From: Podarcis melisellensis
Taxonomy: Eukaryota
Direction: 5' to 3' (one strand)
Length of the DNA stretch: 64,000 bases
NCBI GenBank assembly: GCA_964234715.1
Contig: OZ174276.1
Shown: positions 46,766 to 64,000 of the stretch, piece by piece
Layout: every line of letters begins with the position of its first letter
Position numbering within the stretch: the first letter of the stretch is position 1
Made by a program: the position numbers and the translations under genes
Notes under the pieces: generated by a model
Database searches by the model: none
Told to the model about the DNA's origin: nothing
Seen by the model: the letters and a program-made list of their open reading frames with translations, nothing else

Positions 46766-48109
46766 ACTAAAAAAAAGTTGGTATCTGTTCCTTTCTCTTA
46801 AGCAAGAAATTTGGGCTACTTAGGAGAATTCAACTTGAATCCTGGCTTGGCTACCAGCTTTTACAAAAGATAATTGGATAAAATGTGTTTATATGCCTAT
46901 TAGGAATGTTAAACCAGATTTTCATCTCTCTGTAACTTGTCATAACCAGAATGTTCTTATGGCAAACACTCCCCCTTTTTTACACTAATAAGGAAAGCAA
47001 TCAATGTTTAATGCTTCTTTTAAAGTTAAATTATCTTGTTTCCTTTTCATATGGTTTTTGATTAAGGATATTTTGTTTAAACTGAATTTATATAAGAATT
47101 GGAACAACTAGAAGGGTTTTGGTATTCTCAGCAAGTAGTATGCCCTGTCAATATATTGCTGTTGCCTTTTGAAAAGATATTCCTTGACAAGCTGCCCAAA
47201 TTGAATACATTTATGTTGACCCTACACAAATGTCCATATCAAAAGTTAGCATTCCAAAAATGATTTGACACAATTACCTGCTCTCAGGCAATGTTGGGGG
47301 GGGCTGTCCATGTAAACCAAAATAATTGTGCTTAAATAAATAAAAACCATGATTATATGTGAAAGTGTTGATTCCCCCCCCCCCCAGAGTATGTAAAAGG
47401 TAATCTACAGTGATTCTGAAGTCTTTTGATAATGTACTGAAGTGTAAACAGAACTTGAAAAATACAGTTTGTCTCATTTGCTCTTAATACTGCAATTGAT
47501 TTATTTTTCTAGTTGGCTGTGTCTCTATGCAATGAAGTTCTGAATTTCCAGTTATGCATGCTTCACAGCATAGAAATGATTCACTTCAAAATGTCATGTT
47601 ATGTATGATACAGGGCCACTTTGGGGTGAGAGGATAAATTTGTGTACATGTTATATATTTAGATATATATTTGGGAAAAGTGACATGGGAGGAAAAGTCT
47701 ACAAGAGAAAGTTGCAGTAGTGTAGTCACAAGTTGACTAGAGCACGGCTGTAGTAAATCAACTTATTTCAAGCTGCTCTTCAGAACATGAATGTCCCAAA
47801 CACTGCAAACCTCCAACATAGGATGGAAGAATTACTAAGCCCAGCAGCATATAACCTGTAACCTTTACTGTCAATCTTCTCCACCTCTTGTGAATTCCTG
47901 ATTTGGCCTATTACTGACCCAAGTGTTGTGTAACAATGCCACATTTTATATTCTTTTATAAAGAATGTGGTGGTGGTGGGAGAAAAGAATGGGGGATTCT
48001 GGTATGTCTGGTGATGTGATGGTGGATCTCACCCATGGTAAACTATAGACACTATATTGAACAGGTATGGGGAGACCTCAAACTTTTAGCCTCCAACTCC
48101 TGTCAAGGA

Positions 48110-48670
48110 TGGTCAAACCCTACACCAAAGGATAAACGGACATAAATCTGGTATCGGGAATCAAAAGACAGAAAAACTAGGAGAACACTTCAATCTCCCA
48201 GGAGATCTCAAAGTAGCTGTCTTATTGCCAAAGAATTTCAGAAATAGACTGAAAAGAGAAGTTGCTGAATTGCAACTTATTACCAAACTTAAAACCATGG
48301 AGAGACCTGGTCTGAATAGAGACATTGGATTCTTATCTCATTATACATGATAAAGCTATTTTCAGCCATCTCACCCCTTGCTTTTTCCTGTAAGACCAAT
48401 TGCAGTCGTTAACAGTCAACAGGTTTACCACAGTTATCAGCCAATCACCCATTCCCACCACCCTTCAGAGTAATACCCCTCCCCACCCTCTCAATATATA
48501 TAAGGGACTGGTGACTTCTGTTTCAGCGTATCTGAAGAAGTGTGCATGCACACGAAAGCTCATACCAATAACAAACTTAGTTGGTCTCTAGGGTGCGATT
48601 GGAAGGATTTTTTTAAAATTTTGTTTTGACAACGGCAGACGAACATGGCTACCTACCTGTAACTAGAAGG
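48110..48670 (+). mobile_element. Penelope-like element 3' fragment
   Basis: Endonuclease-end remnants (RINGHKS...EHFNLP...GLNRD) and terminal CTGAAGAAG...CGAAAGCT motif. Confidence 0.7.
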
Positions 48671-49104
48671 ATGGCAACTGTAATTCAACATATAGAGAGC
48701 AACAAGTTCCCTGCACCTGACACAAAGTAAATACTAATTGGCCCTATGACAGAAGCAACAGGGCGGATTGTAATTATCAGATACAAAAAGAACAGAGGTG
48801 TCAAGATTCCAGACACAACTGCAGAAGCTGTGTATTTCACAAAATGTCATGTTCAGATTTCTGTTCAAGCATGTGCTATCTCACAGGGTTTCTGCAAGGT
48901 GGCAATTCAACACATGCTTCAATTAATTGTCTGGAGAAAGTGCATGATTCAGATGTGTTAAAAATAAATGGTTCCCTTTACACTTACTGCTGCTTTAGAC
49001 TTCTGTCCTACGTGTAGAGCAGTCAATGTTGCACACCTTAGACTGTAGAAGCATGAAGTTGCTGTGAGAGTTTCTCTTGCAAAGCACACTAATTTTCACT
49101 TTAT

Positions 49105-49432
49105 AAAGGTAAAGGAACCCCTGAATGTTAGGTCCAGTTGTGGCTGACTCTGGGGTTGCGGCACTCATCTCGCTTTATTGGCCGAGGGAGCCGGCGTACA
49201 GCTTCTGGGTCATGTGGCCAGCATGACTAAGCCGCTTCTGGCAAACCAGAGCAGTGCACGAAAACACAGTTTACCTGGAGCGGCACCTATTTATCCACTT
49301 GCACTTTGATGTGCTTTTGAACTGCTAGGTTGGCAGGAGCAGGGACCGAGCAACGGGAGCTCACCCTGTCGCAGGGATTTGGACCGCTGACTTTCCAATC
49401 AGCAAGCCCTAGGCTCATTGGTTTAGACCACA
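49105..49432 (-). mobile_element. Sauria SINE
   Basis: Homologous to the other copies; AAAGGT tail. Confidence 0.85.
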
Positions 49433-49567
49433 AAGATTAAATATGAACATCCAAGACATTTCAAAAGCACCTGTGCCTCTCCTATATGATGAGTTATCCC
49501 ATAAATACTGCATGAAGTGCCCTCAGCCTGGTGAGGACTTAAAATCTCTTATTGTAACTCTATATAC

Positions 49568-49812
49568 CAGGGATGTCCAACCAGTGATCTACCGGTAGAT
49601 CCCTGGCTGATCCTGGTAGACTGGGATCCTTATCAAAAAGTTATGGGGGAAAGGCTAAAAAACTGTGCAATCCTCCCCCAAAAAAGCTCAACTCTGGGCA
49701 ATCCACCCACCCCACGCACGCTCCTCCTCCCTCCAATGACATTGGATAGATCACTGCCAGGTTTTTTTATACTGGGAGTAGATCACAGTCTCTTGGGAGT
49801 TGGACATGCCTG
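49568..49812. mobile_element. hAT-type MITE
   Basis: CAGGGATGTCCAAC / GTTGGACATGCCTG TIR; perfect 8-bp TSD CTATATAC. Confidence 0.8.
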
Positions 49813-49890
49813 CTATATACCAACTTAAACTACAATAAGAATTCAGGGAGGTCCTTACTGCAGATAATGATACAGCATTGGAATCTAATA

Positions 49891-50133
49891 CAGTGGTACC
49901 CTGGTTCTTGAAGTTAATCCATTCCGGGAGTCCGTTCAATTCTTGAAACCATACGAAAACCAAGGAGTGGCTTCTGATTGGCTGCAGGAGCTTCCTGCAC
50001 TTAAGTGAAAGCCGTGTTGGATGTTCCGTTTCCGAAAAACACTCGCAAACCAGAACACACACTTCCGGGTTTGTCGCATTTGGGAGCCAATTTGTTCTGA
50101 CAACTAAGCCATTTGAGAACCAAAATACCACTG
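49891..50133. mobile_element. Tc1/mariner-type MITE
   Basis: TA-flanked TIRs. Confidence 0.8.
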
Positions 50134-50585
50134 TATTTCTGGTTTACTGTATTTCCTCTCAAATGTGCCAGTTCCGAATTTGGCTGGAGTAAAATGGGGG
50201 GGGGGCGAGGAACACTGAAATCTCAGCTTAGGAAAGAGGGATATGAGAGTAAAATACAGACGATGTTAGATTTTCTAAGAAAGTGAACTACAGGAAAAGG
50301 GTTGCTAGCAAGCACAATGCAGTCCTCTCCAATTAAGTATGAAACTGACACACTATTTGGGCAGTTTGTACTTTATTACAATTTTCAACTGTTAGTACTC
50401 TCATATCTGGACATTTTAATTTAGATTTACAGCTTCAAAAACACTTTTACAGGATTTTAGTCTTGATGATTAACCAACTACACTGTACACAAGTTTAACT
50501 GCCCATCTTAATTTTTTGCCAAATTGAAAACAATTCAAAGGCTATTCAGATCTGTGTTTGTGTTCAAAGTACAGAAAAAACTCCG

Positions 50586-50591
50586 TTTATT
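50586..50591 (-). terminator. Candidate ARF4 polyadenylation signal (alternatives near 50372 and 50682)
   Basis: AATAAA on the minus strand ~930 nt after the stop, in AT-rich repeat-free sequence. Confidence 0.4.
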
Positions 50592-51521
50592 GAAAAAGAA
50601 TAATCTGTCACACATTCATATTATCAGTTCCACAAACTTAAGATTCAAGGAGCATACACAAAGCTATACATCTGTTTCATTTTTATTAAGAATAATTCTT
50701 AGTAGGTTATGAAGAAATTAATCCATTGAGTCTGAAGAATTTTCCAAAATCTGTCTTCATGAAGATATGTTCACCAATAAACAGTAAACTTTAGCAGAAC
50801 TATTATACACTGGGCAAAACAGGCTGATATCAAAAAGCAACATGCAACAACAGAAAAAAAGATACAATATAAAGGAAGACAATCTGCTGAATATTGAAAA
50901 CCTCAAAGAGTTTGTTGCAACTGGCACAAAAATGTTCTACCAATCAGATTCAATTCACACAAAGGCAAAAGTGGGTTGACAGAACCCAAGGGGTTAATTA
51001 AATGTTCCTCAGTGCAGAATATTTGAATAGTGTTTTAGAGCATTTTTCTGACGAACAATAATAGGAAGTGTTTTTATAAGAGAGAGAAATAAATATAAAT
51101 GGAATGCTAGATTAAGTCAGCAGACTGTCTTAAGGAATGAAGTAAGATATCAGTAACTTAAAGAAAAGGGGGAAATCTTTTTAAAATGTACTTAATTTAA
51201 TTGGGGCTCAAGAAGCATTCAAACAGATTTCAAAAGTCACAACTATATTCAGGCATTTAGGCTAACAATAGAAGTAAAAATCAGAAGATACACTTTTTCC
51301 AAATTAAGGAGTTTTCTTTTTAACCCAAGCATATTGTTACCCTGGCAACATATAGCTTGGGTGAAGAATAATTGGCAACAAAATAAGTCAAAATGCTGTA
51401 ATATCCTGCCCAAACCAGTTCCAGATACTGTACTGTATAATAACCAAGATGCAAACTAATTTTGATGTAACAAGCCTAGACCACTTATATCAAACATGTC
51501 CCTGGTGCGAAAGTCATCCAG

Positions 51522-62814
<11,293 letters not shown>

Positions 62815-63049
62815 GGCGGCTGGGCGGAGGTAGCGGCGGCGGCGGCGCAAGAACGGAGCGGGCCGAGTGCGAAGGCGGCGGCGGCGGCGGCGGGGAAGGT
62901 GAAAGCAAGAGGCCCCGGTCCCTCTTTCTCGCTACTTCTCTTCCTCCTCCTCCTCCTCCTCGTCTCCTCCTTCCTCTCTCGCTCCCGCAGAGACGGCGAA
63001 ACCAGCTGAGCTTCGGGAGCGGGCGAAGGGCGACCGCGGCGTCCGCGCA

Positions 63050-63420
63050 CCGGGGCTGATCTGTGTCGGGGGAGCCTGGCTCTCTCTTAGCTCTCTCTTC
63101 TCTCTCTCTCTTTGCCACGTCACGGCCGCCCCGGCTCCAACGCGGACAAAATCGCGTCACGCCCGCCACATCCTCACCGCGGCACCACCCACACGAACCT
63201 CGAGCAGGCCTCACGACACGCAGGAAGACTACGGCTCCCAGGCCGCCTCTCGCCGCCGCAGCCTTGGCGGGTCTGGTTTTCGGCTCGCGAGGCACGATGG
63301 GAAACGTAGTCCTCAAGAGGCTCGGCTGCTTGCCCCTCTGGAAGGAGAGCTGGTGTGTGTGTGAGAGAGGGAGAGAGAGAGAGAAAGAGGCGCAGGGAGT
63401 GCTGGGAAGTGTAGTAGTCT
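63050..63420 (-). promoter_or_regulatory. ARF4 CpG-island promoter with UPRE/CREB3-type site and ZNF143/THAP11-type motifs
   Basis: TGACGTGGCA (minus strand, 63113-63122); ACTACN3TCCCA-type motifs at 63228, 63291-63310 and 63399-63415. Confidence 0.7.
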
Positions 63421-64000
63421 CCCCCCTCCTTTTTTTCTTCTATCGGCTTCCCGTGTGCCCGTTTCTGCAGCAGGGAGTGCTGGGAGTCATTGTCACCTCG
63501 TGCTGAGCTTGAGGCCTAGCCCCTTCGTGTGGATGGTTAGAGAGCAAAGGTAGCTGTGGAGCCACCGGCAGCCATAGACCTCATTCCCACAAAGCAGTAA
63601 ATGCAGTGGCGGCAAACCCAGTCCTGGACTATATCACTTCAAAGTTTGGGGGTGGAAATCGTGTATATTAAAAGCTAGATGTTAGGCGCTTCTGCTTCTC
63701 CCTGACATGCTCTATTTCTAGGTGCAGGGAGGAGTCCTATGAGACTGTACTTGTCGTTGGAAGTGGTACAGCCGCTTGTGAGACTTGTCCAGAGTATACT
63801 AGAAGGAACTGGTAATGTCACATTAAATCAAATCCTGGATCCCCAAATCTTTGCTTCTCTCAAAAGTAATTCTTGCTCATCTGGAAGGATTAATGACACA
63901 GACACATCCTTTCCCCCCCTCTTATATATTTCTGTAGTTAATCGTGTTATTTCTCATGAAGGAGAAGGCCATAATGATTTTAGATTGCCTGCATTTGAGA

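Overview
Vertebrate genomic DNA, most likely a squamate and probably a lacertid lizard (inferred from Sauria-type SINEs, tRNA-derived CR1-tailed SINEs, BovB and Penelope fragments). It carries the conserved DNAH12-PDE12-ARF4 block. DNAH12 (minus strand) is represented by its 5' part: a putative non-coding exon 1 with RFX X-boxes plus 23 coding exons (~1210 aa) that I joined in frame at GT-AG sites; the gene runs off the left edge. PDE12 is complete (plus strand, 3 exons, 604 aa) and ARF4 is complete (minus strand, 6 exons, 180 aa). The most unusual structure is a three-level nest in one DNAH12 intron. A solo-LTR-like repeat contains a 5'-truncated L1-clade LINE (15-bp TSD, ORF2 interrupted by one stop). 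That LINE's 15-nt ORF1-ORF2 spacer contains an apparently full-length ~1.8-kb non-autonomous retroelement with a 17-bp TSD, an L1-type 5' end, a poly(A) tail and an intact 199-aa ORF I cannot assign to any family. Gene and repeat names come from recalled sequences and motifs, not database searches.
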